A stretch of DNA of 64,000 nt. Origin: an uncultured bacterium (GTDB taxonomy: Bacteria > Zixibacteria > MSB-5A5 > GN15 > FEB-12). A model generated the notes under the pieces. It saw only the letters and a program-made list of their open reading frames with translations. It was not told the DNA's origin and ran no database searches. Shown one piece after another: positions 51,471 through 62,572 of this stretch. The stretch lies in assembly GCA_965372795.1 (NCBI GenBank), contig CBDVDR010000001.1, positions 256,001-320,000 on the forward strand. The letters run 5' to 3'. Position numbers and translations under genes: made by a program. How positions within the stretch are numbered: position 1 is the stretch's first letter; each line of letters opens with the position of its first letter.

Positions 51471-51722
51471 TTAATAATACAGTTCTCTCTCAGTATTAAT
51501 TTCTTCACTAATATTGACCGGTTCGATAATTAAACTTGATGATCCTATTTTGGTTAAGCCATCCATAGTTTGAGTTAAAAGACTTGAATTATCCCCCCAA
51601 AATTGGGAGAAGTTGGCTATATCTTTCTCAGAAGTATTTTCTGTCCAGTCGAAGCTTAGTTCATCATAACAGATTGAATTAACAACTACATTTTCTATTT
51701 TAAGAACTAACCTAACTAACAT
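51471..51722 (-). CDS. Small acidic hypothetical protein (83 aa)
   Basis: ATG start, purine-rich RBS (aaagga), upstream sigma54 promoter, downstream terminator. Confidence 0.55.
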   Translation of the reverse strand: MLVRLVLKIENVVVNSICYDELSFDWTENTSEKDIANFSQFWGDNSSLLTQTMDGLTKIGSSSLIIEPVNISEEINTERELYY

Positions 51723-51773
51723 ATTTTCTCTTTTTCCTTTGTACTTTTTGTTTCATCTCAACTATCTCAATAT

Positions 51774-51789
51774 TGCAAAAATAATGCCA
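51774..51789 (-). promoter_or_regulatory. sigma54 (-24/-12) promoter
   Basis: Minus strand TGGCAT-TATTT-TTGCA, exact GG-N10-GC spacing. Confidence 0.7.
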
Positions 51790-52014
51790 TGCCGTTTCTT
51801 GTCAAACAACTCACTTATCTTGTTGATAATAAGCTGATTACAAAATATCGGCAGGGATTTAGCATATTATAAACAGACTATTTTAGGGGAGATTAAACTG
51901 GTAGTATGGGGAGATTACTATATTTTTATATTCTTCCTATCAGATATTTTTATTAAAGTATTATAGTAATTTATACGATGAATTAAAATAAAAGGGAGCA
52001 ATAACACCATAGTC

Positions 52015-52032
52015 TTGTGAATTTATTCTCAT
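52015..52032 (+). promoter_or_regulatory. Rex/Crp-like operator upstream of the hydrogenase operon
   Basis: TTGTGAA-TTTA-TTCTCAT versus Rex consensus TTGTGAA-N4-TTCACAA. Confidence 0.35.
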
Positions 52033-52132
52033 ATAACTTGATTATTGTTATTAAACAAATTAGTTTATTCCCCTTAAAAGATAGTTTTTGAACTGAAAAT
52101 TTAAGGTAATCTGTTAGGCCCAGGAAACAAAA

Positions 52133-53323
52133 ATGACAGGAAATAGTAAAAAAGAACAATCGTTAAAAGTTGATGAGCAATTTGTCATCAATGCAACTGA
52201 GATCACAAAATTATTTGATCTGTTAAAAAAGAAAAAGTACAAACTTCATGGTCCTACGGTTCGTGAAGATGCTATTGTTTATGATTGTATTGACAAAGTT
52301 GAAGACCTTCCGATAGGTTTTATCGAGGAACAGGATGGCGGTCGTTATCGTTTAAAAAAGACCAAGAACAATTCCCTTTTCTCCTATGTTGTCGGGTTGC
52401 AATCATGGAAAAAATATCTACATCTCCCCCGAGTAAAATTATGGGAGGCTGTGCCAACCAAAAAAGGTTTTGAAATAAATTCCGAGTTTCCAAAAGCAGA
52501 GAAGAAGGCTTTTATCGGGGTTCGCTCATGCGAGCTTCATGCAATTGCAATTCAGGATAAAATATTTTTGGAAGGCGAATATCCTGACCCGATCTACAAA
52601 TCTCAACGAGAAAATATTTTTATCGTGGCAGTCAACTGCACCCGCAGCGGAGATACCTGTTTTTGTACATCAATGAATACCGGTCCAAAAGCTGAGAAGG
52701 GTTTTGATCTTGCCCTGACTGAAATAATTAAAAAAGACAAGCACCAGTTTGTCGTTGAATCAGGCTCGGCAAAAGGACTTGAAATTGTAAAACAATTAGC
52801 TTCAACAAAAGCAAAAAATGAAATTATTCAAGAAGCCGAAAAGCTGATTTCTAATACAGCTAATAATATGGGCAGAAAAATAGAAACCAACGATCTGAAG
52901 AAACTGCTTAAAAATAATCCCAATCATCCCCACTGGAATAAAGTAGGCAAACGATGTCTTAACTGTGCCAACTGTACTATGGTTTGCCCAACCTGTTTCT
53001 GTACCACAATTGACGATGTTACCGAATTGACCGGTGCCTCTGCAGAACGAATCCGCCGATGGGATTCATGTTATACTCAGGATTTTTCATATATTCACGG
53101 CGGTTCGGTCAGACCATCAGCATCGGCAAGATATAGACAATGGATAACACATAAACTTTCGAGTTGGATAGACCAGTTTGGAACTTTTGGCTGCGTTGGA
53201 TGCGGACGCTGCATAACCTGGTGTCCGGTAGGCATAGACTTAACCGAAGAAGTAAAAGCAATCCGTGCCAGCGCCAAACAACCAGCCTCAGTCATTACTG
53301 GAGAGGAGACTCATGAAAACTAA
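52133..53323 (+). CDS. Group 3b hydrogenase (sulfhydrogenase) beta subunit, 4Fe-4S
   Basis: [41 protein letters not shown]. Confidence 0.9.
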   Translation: MTGNSKKEQSLKVDEQFVINATEITKLFDLLKKKKYKLHGPTVREDAIVYDCIDKVEDLPIGFIEEQDGGRYRLKKTKNNSLFSYVVGLQSWKKYLHLPRVKLWEAVPTKKGFEINSEFPKAEKKAFIGVRSCELHAIAIQDKIFLEGEYPDPIYKSQRENIFIVAVNCTRSGDTCFCTSMNTGPKAEKGFDLALTEIIKKDKHQFVVESGSAKGLEIVKQLASTKAKNEIIQEAEKLISNTANNMGRKIETNDLKKLLKNNPNHPHWNKVGKRCLNCANCTMVCPTCFCTTIDDVTELTGASAERIRRWDSCYTQDFSYIHGGSVRPSASARYRQWITHKLSSWIDQFGTFGCVGCGRCITWCPVGIDLTEEVKAIRASAKQPASVITGEETHEN

Positions 53324-53780
53324 TTTAAGTCCTTATCTGTTGGAACATCCTTTTATAAAAGGGATGAATCCCAAGCATATCGAGACAATTGTCGGATGTG
53401 CTTCGAATGTAAAATTTGATGCCGGAGAATACCTATTTCGAGAAGGTGATGAAGCTACCGAATTTTATTTTATTCGTCATGGCCAATTAGCTCTTGAACT
53501 TTATCGTCCCCAAAAAGGCGCTATTGTTGTACAAACTTTGAATCCGGGTGAAGTCCAGGGCTGGGCATGGATATTTCCTCCCCATTATCGCAATCTGGAT
53601 TGCCGGGCAACCGAACTTACCCGGGCTATCGCTCTTGATGGAACATGTTTGCGTGAAAAATGCGAAGAAGACCATGAATTAGGTTATGAACTTATGAAGA
53701 GATTTTCTCATGTCATGGAACAGGAACTTGAATCTTTGAGATTACGGATATTAGACGTTTATGGCAACAACAACAGTTAA
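53313..53780 (+). CDS. Stand-alone cyclic-nucleotide-binding domain protein
   Basis: F.AGEYLFREGD...FYFIRHGQ...PGEVQGW; no HTH; ATG 53313 follows RBS GAGGAG. Confidence 0.85.
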   Translation: MKTNLSPYLLEHPFIKGMNPKHIETIVGCASNVKFDAGEYLFREGDEATEFYFIRHGQLALELYRPQKGAIVVQTLNPGEVQGWAWIFPPHYRNLDCRATELTRAIALDGTCLREKCEEDHELGYELMKRFSHVMEQELESLRLRILDVYGNNNS

Positions 53781-54630
53781 AACAAGCAAGACAAGCAGTA
53801 CTGAATCAAATCCAATGCTGCCGGATATATTTGTAGTCGATAAGGCTTACAAAAATACAAAAGATACTTTTACAATTGAATTGATCCCTCAAAAGAAATC
53901 AGATGGTTTCACGTTTGAACCGGGACAATTTAATATGCTCTACACTTATGGAGTTGGAGAAGTGCCAATTTCCATAAGCAGTGATCCATCAGATGCACCT
54001 CGTCTTATTCATACGATCAGAGCTGTCGGGGCGGTGACCAGAGCTATGATGAAGTTGAAAAAAGGTGCCCAGATTGCTGTTCGTGGTCCTTACGGTGCAA
54101 GCTGGCCGGTTGAGATTGCTAAAGGTCATGATGTAATTCTTCTTGCCGGTGGTATCGGTCTGGCACCATTGCGTCCGGCGCTTTATCATATTTTGAATAA
54201 TCGTGAGAAGTACGGTAAAGTAATAATTCTCTACGGTACAAGAACTCCAAAAGACATCCTTTATCGTAAAGAATTGGAACACTGGCGTTCCCGGCTTGAT
54301 TTATATGTCGATGTTACAGTTGATTCATCAGCTAAGGACTGGCATGGCAATGTCGAAGTTGTAACAAGATTAATTCCGCGGGCAAATTTTGATCCGCTGG
54401 ATTGTATCGCCATGATATGCGGACCGGAAATCATGATGCGTTATGGTGCTTTAGCTTTGATGAAACAGGGTGTTTCACAGGATAACATTTATGTTTCAAT
54501 GGAACGAAATATGAAATGCGGAGTCGGGCTTTGCGGACATTGCCAGTTTGGTGATTCCTTCATTTGTAAAGATGGTCCGGTTTATTCGTATTCAGAGATA
54601 AAAGATATGATGCTAATCAGGGAGTTATAA
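53761..54630 (+). CDS. Group 3b hydrogenase gamma subunit (FAD/NAD(P), 2Fe-2S)
   Basis: [47 protein letters not shown]...CKDGPV. Confidence 0.92.
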   Translation: MATTTVKTSKTSSTESNPMLPDIFVVDKAYKNTKDTFTIELIPQKKSDGFTFEPGQFNMLYTYGVGEVPISISSDPSDAPRLIHTIRAVGAVTRAMMKLKKGAQIAVRGPYGASWPVEIAKGHDVILLAGGIGLAPLRPALYHILNNREKYGKVIILYGTRTPKDILYRKELEHWRSRLDLYVDVTVDSSAKDWHGNVEVVTRLIPRANFDPLDCIAMICGPEIMMRYGALALMKQGVSQDNIYVSMERNMKCGVGLCGHCQFGDSFICKDGPVYSYSEIKDMMLIREL

Positions 54631-54632
54631 TT

Positions 54633-55415
54633 ATGAGCAGCTCAAAAAAACCAAAACTCGCTGTGTGGAAATTTGCATCCTGTGATGGTTGTCAGCTAAG
54701 TTTACTTGATTGTGAAGACGAACTCTTGGCGGTGGCGGAACAGGTTAAAATAGCATATTTCCCCGAAGCATCCCGTGCCTTTGAAAAAGGTCCTTATGAT
54801 ATTTCATTAGTTGAAGGATCTATTACAACCCCGCACGATGAAGAACGAATCCATCAGGTTCGCAGAACTTCAAAGTTTTTAATTTCCATCGGGTCCTGTG
54901 CCACAGCCGGCGGGATTCAGGCAATAAGAAATTTTGCAGATGTTAAAGAATATGCATCAATGGTATATGCTCATCCGGAATACCTTTCAACTTTAAAAAA
55001 GTCTACCCCGATTTCTGATCATGTCAAAGTAGATTTTGAACTCAGAGGTTGTCCGATTAATAAATACCAGCTTCTTGAAGTTTTTAATGCTTTGTTAAAT
55101 AACCGTAAACCGATAACTCCACCTCATTCGGTCTGTCTGGAATGTAAATTAAAGGGGAATATCTGTGTGATGGTTGCGCATGGGACACCATGTTTGGGAC
55201 CTATCACCCATGCCGGTTGCGAAGCCATTTGTCCATCGTACAATCGAGGCTGCTATAGTTGTTTCGGTCCGAAAGAGACAGCTAATCCAAAATCGTTAAG
55301 TGATCAATTCATCCATTTGGGTCTGAATCAGAAAGATTTAGTACGCAAATATCGCACCTATAATGCCTATGCTGATGAGTTCAGAAAAGAAAGTGAATAT
55401 CATGAGTCAGAGTAG
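54633..55415 (+). CDS. Group 3b hydrogenase delta (small) subunit
   Basis: [33 protein letters not shown]...CYSCFGP. Confidence 0.92.
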   Translation: MSSSKKPKLAVWKFASCDGCQLSLLDCEDELLAVAEQVKIAYFPEASRAFEKGPYDISLVEGSITTPHDEERIHQVRRTSKFLISIGSCATAGGIQAIRNFADVKEYASMVYAHPEYLSTLKKSTPISDHVKVDFELRGCPINKYQLLEVFNALLNNRKPITPPHSVCLECKLKGNICVMVAHGTPCLGPITHAGCEAICPSYNRGCYSCFGPKETANPKSLSDQFIHLGLNQKDLVRKYRTYNAYADEFRKESEYHESE

Positions 55416-56694
55416 AACAATAAAAGTTGATTACCTTGCCCGCGTCGAAGGCGAAGGCGCCATGACAATTAAAATGAAGGGTGACCAGGTAACTGACGTT
55501 AAATTCAGAATATTTGAACCGCCTCGTTTCTTTGAAGCATTTTTAAGAGGTAGAGATTTTCGGGAAGTTCCTGATATAACAGCTCGCATCTGTGGCATTT
55601 GCCCTATCGCTTATCAGATGGGTTCCATTAATGCTATGGAAAATGCTCTTAATATAACTGTTGATGATCAGATAAAAAAACTTCGCAGGATGATCTATTG
55701 CGGTGAATGGATCGAAAGTCATGCACTTCATGTTTTCATGCTTCACGCTCCCGATTTCCTCGGTTTTCAGGATGCAATCCAGATGGCGCAGAAACATCCT
55801 GATGTTGTAGAAATGGGCTTGAAGATAAAAAAAATCGGCAACGACATCATGACTCTTCTCGGAGGTCGCGAGATTCATCCAATTAATATGAAAGTTGGCG
55901 GTTTTTATCGAGTCCCGACTAAAGAAGAAATTCAAAAACTGTACAAGCCGTTGAAGTGGGCAAAGGATGCTTCCAAAAAGATGATCAAACTGGTTGCCGG
56001 TCTGCCTATTCCTGAGTTTGAGTACGATTACGAATATGTTTCATTGCGAAATGATCAAGAGTATCCTATTTGTGACGGTCGCCTGATTTCAAACCGGGGC
56101 ATCGACATTGACATAAGTGATTTTTCACAGCATTTTGAAGAAGAACATGTAAAACATTCTACTTCACTTCATGCCAAAGTAATTAATCGTGGTAATTACC
56201 ACGTCGGACCTCTAGCTCGATACAATTTAAATTATGATCTGTTACCGAAACATATCCAGAAAATTGCAAAATCAGCCGGTCTTGAAAAGGAATGTTACAA
56301 TCCGTTTAAGAGTATTATTGTCAGGTCGATTGAAACTCTTTATGCTTGTGAAGAAGCCCTTAGGATAATCGAAGAATATGAACCTCCTGAAAAATCTTCT
56401 GTTGATGTCACACCAAAAGCCAGCGTCGGTTTTGGTTGTACCGAAGCTCCAAGAGGAATATGCTGGCATAGTTATGAGATTGATGATGACGGCACGGTTT
56501 TGAATGCCCGGATTGTTCCACCAACATCTCAAAACCAGAAAACAATCGAATCAGACCTTTATGGCTTCGTCAAAAAATACATTAATCTACCTAAAGATGA
56601 ACTGACCTGGAAATGTGAGCAGGTGATCAGAAATTATGATCCTTGCATTTCCTGTTCCTGTCATTTTTTAAAATTGAATATTGTTCAGGAATAA
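55402..56694 (+). CDS. Group 3b [NiFe]-hydrogenase alpha (large) subunit
   Basis: ARVEGEG, L1 RICGIC, EAPRG, PPTSQN, L2 DPCISCSCH plus cleavable tail; ATG 55402 preferred. Confidence 0.93.
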   Translation: MSQSRTIKVDYLARVEGEGAMTIKMKGDQVTDVKFRIFEPPRFFEAFLRGRDFREVPDITARICGICPIAYQMGSINAMENALNITVDDQIKKLRRMIYCGEWIESHALHVFMLHAPDFLGFQDAIQMAQKHPDVVEMGLKIKKIGNDIMTLLGGREIHPINMKVGGFYRVPTKEEIQKLYKPLKWAKDASKKMIKLVAGLPIPEFEYDYEYVSLRNDQEYPICDGRLISNRGIDIDISDFSQHFEEEHVKHSTSLHAKVINRGNYHVGPLARYNLNYDLLPKHIQKIAKSAGLEKECYNPFKSIIVRSIETLYACEEALRIIEEYEPPEKSSVDVTPKASVGFGCTEAPRGICWHSYEIDDDGTVLNARIVPPTSQNQKTIESDLYGFVKKYINLPKDELTWKCEQVIRNYDPCISCSCHFLKLNIVQE

Positions 56695-56698
56695 ATAT

Positions 56699-57172
56699 AT
56701 GAGTAACGATACTGAAATTCTTGTTATTGGTATCGGTAATGAATTCCGAGGTGACGATGCGATTGGGCTTCTCACCGCGCGTCTTTTAAAAGAAAAACTT
56801 TCAAGCCAAATTACTATCCTTGAAGAAAGCGGCGAAGGCACTCGTCTAATGGAAGTTTGGAAAGGATTTGAGAAGATCATCATTATTGATGCTGTCCGTT
56901 CCGGAGATCAGCCGGGGAAAATTCATCAACTTGATGCTTCCGAACAAAAAATTCCATCTGATTTATTTTATTATTCAACTCATGCTTTTGGAGTAGCCGA
57001 GGCAATAGAGACAGCCCGAGCCCTGAAGAGATTACCTTCTGAAATACACATTTATGGAATAGAAGGCTCCAATTTTGCAATGGGGTCTGAAATTTCCGAA
57101 ATTGTAAAAGAAAATATTGCCAAACTTCAACAAATTATTATTGAAAACGAATTTCAGTCAATTTCCAATTAG
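56699..57172 (+). CDS. Hydrogenase maturation endopeptidase
   Basis: IGIGNEFRGDDAIG, IIIDA, STHAFG; ATG 56699. Confidence 0.92.
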   Translation: MSNDTEILVIGIGNEFRGDDAIGLLTARLLKEKLSSQITILEESGEGTRLMEVWKGFEKIIIIDAVRSGDQPGKIHQLDASEQKIPSDLFYYSTHAFGVAEAIETARALKRLPSEIHIYGIEGSNFAMGSEISEIVKENIAKLQQIIIENEFQSISN

Positions 57173-57300
57173 CTTTGATTAATACCTGAAAATGTCATAA
57201 ATACACCCTTCCTCATTTTAAGCTATTTCTTTGCTTATCAGCAACTTACAAAGTCTGACGAATACCTTGTTTGACTAATATTTAATCCCGCACCGGCTGG

Positions 57301-57327
57301 TAAAGTTCCTGTAATATTAACCGATAT
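57301..57327 (+). promoter_or_regulatory. sigma28-type promoter
   Basis: TAAA-N15-ACCGATAT upstream of the lipoprotein gene (RBS AGGAGG). Confidence 0.55.
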
Positions 57328-57385
57328 TTAAATCGTAGAGAATAAATTAGAAAAATAAAAAATTAATGCTAAATTAGGAGGTTAC

Positions 57386-58423
57386 ATGCTTAAGAGAAGC
57401 ATCTTTTGCCTGACAGGAGTCATTTTAGTACTCGCATTTGGATTATTTACCGGTTGTGGTGATGACACATCAACACCTACCGGTGGATTAATTACCGGTG
57501 CAAATCAATTATCAGAACTTATATCTCTTGTTCAGGAAGTTGCCCCTCCGCTTTATGACGGTCCCGGATTTTCCGGATCTCCATCACTGTCACCGATGCC
57601 GGCCGACAGTTTCTGGCTGGAAGGTGAAACACCATGGATAGGAAAAGCTTTTGGTGATAAATGGCCGATGGCTCTTTACACAAACATTCGCAGAATCGAC
57701 AGCAATATTGTTTTACTTAATTTTGCCTTAGAAAATGGTGAAGGAACACACAACAGAGTAGTCGGAACCGATACAACATCGGTAACAGTAACTTATTCCG
57801 AATTAGCAGATCCAACGGTAGTCCCGGTTGGATTGCAAACCGTACTCGGAGCTACTACAGTTTCTTTACAAAATTACGTCAGAATAGTTGAAGGTGAAAC
57901 AGTCATAGACGCTGCCTTTTCGGTTTCTGATACTGAAAACAGTCTCATGATTTATCATAGCCTCCCTGCAGATGCTGAAGCAGAAATAGGAAGAGAAACA
58001 CGGGTATTCTATGCTGATCTTAATCTGACTACAGGAATCATAAATTTAGCCGGTGGCAATTACCGTGAAATGGAAGTAGGTTTATTCTATGGATCAGCTT
58101 TCAAATTCGGAAATGATGCTGATAATAACTTTGATTTCAGAATGTCGTATCTGGTAGAAAATCAAACTTATTCATTCTCAATGGTTGAATGCCTTATCGG
58201 CGGCGGTCATAAAGATGATGGATTTGCTATTCGTCATGCAATGTTTATCCCTGCTGATGGACCTTTGAGTGAAAACAATGAAGTTGTATCTGTATTTTCC
58301 GCACCGAACTATACTTATGGCGGAACCGAAGTTTCAGATGGTTTAGCACCATATGTTGCAGATGCCAACCTTTTTGATGTAAATGATTTACCGTCCACAT
58401 GGTTCTCCAACCCATGGGAATAG
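57386..58423 (+). CDS. Lipoprotein, unknown function
   Basis: Lipobox FTGC-GDD; acidic; strong RBS. Confidence 0.75.
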   Translation: MLKRSIFCLTGVILVLAFGLFTGCGDDTSTPTGGLITGANQLSELISLVQEVAPPLYDGPGFSGSPSLSPMPADSFWLEGETPWIGKAFGDKWPMALYTNIRRIDSNIVLLNFALENGEGTHNRVVGTDTTSVTVTYSELADPTVVPVGLQTVLGATTVSLQNYVRIVEGETVIDAAFSVSDTENSLMIYHSLPADAEAEIGRETRVFYADLNLTTGIINLAGGNYREMEVGLFYGSAFKFGNDADNNFDFRMSYLVENQTYSFSMVECLIGGGHKDDGFAIRHAMFIPADGPLSENNEVVSVFSAPNYTYGGTEVSDGLAPYVADANLFDVNDLPSTWFSNPWE

Positions 58424-58448
58424 ACGCTTAGGTGAGTTTTTTAAATTG

Positions 58449-58479
58449 AAAAAGGACAGGTTTTACCTGTCCTTTTTTT
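58449..58479. terminator. Bidirectional terminator
   Basis: aaaaaggacaggt-ttt-acctgtccttttttt between convergent genes. Confidence 0.8.
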
Positions 58480-58483
58480 ATGT

Positions 58484-60517
58484 CTACTTTGTCATAGAAT
58501 TATATTCAATATCATACGAAGGCGGGTCTCCACCCTCACCCTTCAAATAATGTTCCATCCATCTCAACATCCGTAAATTATAATCATATCTCGATGAAGC
58601 TTTACTGCTTCCATGACCTTCTCCCGGATATAAAACCAACCGCACCGGTGCTTTGCCGACTGTTTTTAAATAGCGATATAGTTCCATTGATTGACTTGGA
58701 TGAACTCTGGGATCATTCTTGCCATGCATAATCAAAATCGGGGTGTTAGCCTGTTGTGAGTAATAGATTGGGCTGCGTTCTAAAAACCATTGCCAATAGT
58801 CCCAGGGCCAGCGTCGGGCATGAACATCATACATCTCAATAGGAATATCAGTTGTACCAAATTTTGAAATTAAATCACTGACCCCTACTCCCATAACAGA
58901 TGCCGCAAAATGTTCAGTCAGGGCTGTTGCTGCCCAAGCCGAGGCATAACCACCATAAGAACGTCCGGTAATACCAACTTTGGAACGTTCCACCAGACCA
59001 ATCTCCACCAGATGATCAATAGCGTCGACCAGATCATTAAATTCACCTCCGGCATAGTCAGCCTGTCCCATTTTTGAAAATTCAACTCCCCGACCGGTAC
59101 TCCCGCGATAATTAGGATAGAAAACAACAAAATCTTTGGCAGCGGCTATCTGTCCGGGACCGGAATACCAGGTCAACCAGCCATTTCTACGATGAGCTTC
59201 AGGACCGCCATGCACCGACATTATCAGAGGATACTTTTTGCCTTGTTTATAATTCAAGGGATAAATTAACAATCCTTCAAGCTCTAATCCATCACGTGCT
59301 TTATATTTTAAAACCTCTTGTTTGGCTAACTTGGTATTACTTAACCAGGGGTTGTTGTCCGTAACTTTTTTAACATCTTGTTCAACAATAAATAGTTCGT
59401 TGGGGTGGTAAGGTGAATTTGCAACAAAACAGAATTTATTAGTTTCAATCGAATATTTAAAATCACGATATATAATATCGGTTCTTTCAAACATCGTTTT
59501 CATATTTTTAGTAACCGGATTGAACACGCCAAATGAGGTTCCTACGCCTATATCAGCGAGGAAATATATAAGCTCAGATTTTACCCATAATATATTTTTC
59601 ATATGTCCCTCAAATTCATTTATTACAAATTCGAGGTTTTCTGAATCTATTTTCCCGATTGATAATCTGCCTGAGGCAGGATCGTTTTTATCAGCAGAAC
59701 TTATTACAGCCACCGACTTACTATCCGGCGACCAGACAATGGAACCGACTTTGCCTTCACTTTTAAATTGAGTCTTAATTGATTTGGATTTAACATCAAC
59801 AATCGTTACTCGTTTAGACACATAACGATCATCAACTAACGGCGTTGGCGTCAGAGCTATGGACAAATAGTTTCCATCCGGGCTCCATTTCAAAGTATAG
59901 GCAGAGCCATCAAGATCAAATTTTTCGTACGATTTATTTTTTAAATCATATAACCAAATCTGTCTTTGCTGCCATCCTTCTTCATAAACCTCTTGTTTAA
60001 ATCCTTTATCTTTAATCTCGGTTGATTTTGTATCGGTTGAATCTTTAGCAATAAATGCAATTTGATTCCCGGAGGGTGACCACTCATATTCAGAAATTTC
60101 AGTAGTAAATTCTATTATTTTTTGAGATTCTCCCCCGTCAATCGGAATTTTATATAATGATTTTTGCTTATCATCATTTCGCTTTGAAAGGTAGGAAATA
60201 AAATTGCCATCTGGAGAAAATTTGATTGATGATATTGAAACTTCACCGGTAATATATGGATAGGATTTCTTGTTTTTGTAAACATAAAGCCATTTGTATG
60301 ATGAACCATCTTCTTCATTGAATGGATCTCTCGGGACTGAAACGGTATAGGCAATATTTTCACCATCAGGAGAAATAGCAATTTGAGAAACTTCGCGAAG
60401 GTTAAATAAATCTTCAGAAACCATCCCTCGTTGGTTCTCAGCAAATGTGTTTCCCCATAAAATAACAGAGAGAATAAACAACCCTGAAAATAACAATAAC
60501 GATTTAGTTTTTTTCAT
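58484..60517 (-). CDS. S9 family (acylaminoacyl/dipeptidyl) peptidase, exported
   Basis: Beta-propeller WSPDG repeats, HGGP, NYRGS, GRSYGG, HGKNDPRV, EGHG. Confidence 0.93.
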   Translation of the reverse strand: MKKTKSLLLFSGLFILSVILWGNTFAENQRGMVSEDLFNLREVSQIAISPDGENIAYTVSVPRDPFNEEDGSSYKWLYVYKNKKSYPYITGEVSISSIKFSPDGNFISYLSKRNDDKQKSLYKIPIDGGESQKIIEFTTEISEYEWSPSGNQIAFIAKDSTDTKSTEIKDKGFKQEVYEEGWQQRQIWLYDLKNKSYEKFDLDGSAYTLKWSPDGNYLSIALTPTPLVDDRYVSKRVTIVDVKSKSIKTQFKSEGKVGSIVWSPDSKSVAVISSADKNDPASGRLSIGKIDSENLEFVINEFEGHMKNILWVKSELIYFLADIGVGTSFGVFNPVTKNMKTMFERTDIIYRDFKYSIETNKFCFVANSPYHPNELFIVEQDVKKVTDNNPWLSNTKLAKQEVLKYKARDGLELEGLLIYPLNYKQGKKYPLIMSVHGGPEAHRRNGWLTWYSGPGQIAAAKDFVVFYPNYRGSTGRGVEFSKMGQADYAGGEFNDLVDAIDHLVEIGLVERSKVGITGRSYGGYASAWAATALTEHFAASVMGVGVSDLISKFGTTDIPIEMYDVHARRWPWDYWQWFLERSPIYYSQQANTPILIMHGKNDPRVHPSQSMELYRYLKTVGKAPVRLVLYPGEGHGSSKASSRYDYNLRMLRWMEHYLKGEGGDPPSYDIEYNSMTK

Positions 60518-60550
60518 AATTTACCCGAACTTAATTTTATGTTAAATATT

Positions 60551-62494
60551 TTAATCTTTTGTTTGTGTCCTTTTATATAAAAGGAATCCTACTCCAGCAA
60601 AAAGAATTATTGAAATTAATTCGCTAACATTATCTGATATTGGTAAATCAAGTCCGATATATTTCCCAAAATTGAATGTATACAACGCTACCCCGACACT
60701 TAAGAAACCCTCGCCTCCAATCAGACCGGAGCTGAATAAAATACCCTTCTCTTTTCGTTTTGCGAGTTCTTCGGGTTGGTCTTTGTGTTTCTTTTCAATA
60801 AAATATCTGATTATACCGCCAAAAAATATTGGTGTCATTGATGATACCGGAAGATACAATCCAACTGCAAAGGGTAATGATGGTATCGAACAGAGCTCAA
60901 CAATCATACCCAGAAAAGCACCGGTAAGAACTAAGCCCCACGGGATACCGGTTTCTAAAACCCCATCGATGATCGTTTTGATAAGGGTTGCCTGCGGAGC
61001 CGGCAAATCAACAGATCCGACTTGATAAGTTTTAGCCAGAATAATTACTGCCCCACACACAGCCGCGGCAGAGGTTGTCGCCCCGATAAGTTCACCTATC
61101 TGTTGTTTATATGGCGTAGCACCGACAAGAAATCCGGTTTTTAAATCCTGGGAAGTGTCTCCGGCAATTGAGGATGCGACGCATACAACAGTACCGATTG
61201 TCAGAGCCGTTACTTTACCGATTAAATCAGTCCAGCCCAGCATAACAAAAATACCACTGACACCTAACAGAGTAACAATAGTCATCCCCGAAGTCGGGTT
61301 TGAGGATACCCCTACCAAACCGACAATTCTTGAAGAAACCGTTACAAAGAAAAAAGCAAACAGAGCAATTGCCGGAGCGGCAACCAGTCTGATAGCTAAT
61401 GAAGTACTCATGCCAATAATTCCCGGAACGAAAGCAAGAATCAACATGATCAAAAACACACCATAAAACACATATTTTAAATTGAGATCTTTATCGGTTC
61501 TTAAAATATTTTTTTCAGTTCCGGTCTCTGATGAAGACTTACCAGAACCAAATTGTTTGCCAATCTCTCTGGTAGTCAGCTTAAAAGATTTAATCATGGT
61601 TGGGATTGATCTGACAATTGTAATAATTCCGCCAAATGCCACTCCGCCGGCACCAACATAGCGAATATAACGAGTCCAAATTTCTGCGGGTGACATCGAG
61701 GAAATTGTTTTAATCGTTTCGGGCCAGATTGGCTGGTTGACATGTTCGCCAATAAATGCCATCAGAGGAATCAACACCAGCCAGGATACTAAACTTCCTG
61801 AAACCATGATCGCCGAGACACGGTAGCCTAAAATATATCCAACCGCCATATATGCCGGAGTGGCAGCAATTCCAAGTTGTGCTTTTTGAATCAGTGGAAG
61901 ATCAAAAAATACTTTTGATTTCCAGAGTTTTAGAAATCCAACAAAAAATTTAAATACCAGCCCGACAACCAGACCAAGTAATACATTACCGGCTTTGGCG
62001 CCACCGCTATCACTTGCAATAAGAACTTCCGCACAGGCGGTGCCCTCAGGGTACGGTAGTTTTTCATGTTCCTCTTTGATTAAAAAACGGCGGAGCGGAA
62101 TCATAAACAGAATACCAAGCAAGCCGCCTAACATTGCCAGCATAGTCAGTTGAAATAGCGGTAAATCGACACCCCATAAATAAAGAGCAGGAATTGTAAA
62201 GATTACTCCGGAGGCAAGTGACGAACTCGCTGATCCGACCGTTTGTGCCATGTTGCTTTCGAGGATTGTTCCCTGTCCCCATATTCCATTCATCAGACGA
62301 AAGAACCCCACACTCATGACCGCGACCGGAATTGAAGTTGAAACCGTGATGCCTACTAAAAGCCCCAGATAAGCATTTGCAGCCCCAAATAGAATACCAA
62401 AAAAGATACCTATTAAAACTGATTTTACAGTGAATTCAGCAATGGATTCTTTTGGAGATATATATGGTTTGAATTCAGAGTTGTTATTACTGAT
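60551..62494 (-). CDS. OPT-family oligopeptide transporter (probable ATC start)
   Basis: PEGTACA, GVSSNPTSG, QDLKTG, APQA; conserved-looking N-terminus FKPYI...ANAYLGL...STSIP extends 59 codons above the ORF-track ATG at 62317. Confidence 0.88.
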   Translation of the reverse strand: MSNNNSEFKPYISPKESIAEFTVKSVLIGIFFGILFGAANAYLGLLVGITVSTSIPVAVMSVGFFRLMNGIWGQGTILESNMAQTVGSASSSLASGVIFTIPALYLWGVDLPLFQLTMLAMLGGLLGILFMIPLRRFLIKEEHEKLPYPEGTACAEVLIASDSGGAKAGNVLLGLVVGLVFKFFVGFLKLWKSKVFFDLPLIQKAQLGIAATPAYMAVGYILGYRVSAIMVSGSLVSWLVLIPLMAFIGEHVNQPIWPETIKTISSMSPAEIWTRYIRYVGAGGVAFGGIITIVRSIPTMIKSFKLTTREIGKQFGSGKSSSETGTEKNILRTDKDLNLKYVFYGVFLIMLILAFVPGIIGMSTSLAIRLVAAPAIALFAFFFVTVSSRIVGLVGVSSNPTSGMTIVTLLGVSGIFVMLGWTDLIGKVTALTIGTVVCVASSIAGDTSQDLKTGFLVGATPYKQQIGELIGATTSAAAVCGAVIILAKTYQVGSVDLPAPQATLIKTIIDGVLETGIPWGLVLTGAFLGMIVELCSIPSLPFAVGLYLPVSSMTPIFFGGIIRYFIEKKHKDQPEELAKRKEKGILFSSGLIGGEGFLSVGVALYTFNFGKYIGLDLPISDNVSELISIILFAGVGFLLYKRTQTKD

Positions 62495-62572
62495 GAGTTT
62501 CCTCTTTCCCGTTAAAGCCTAATATCTGTTTACAAAGAATAGAAATAAAATATATATAACAAGACTTTTAAA

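Noticed and set aside
53265..56698. ORF-track starts at 53265, 55363 and 56681
   Set aside because: Downstream ATGs at 53313, 55402 and 56699 fit family N-termini and operon spacing better
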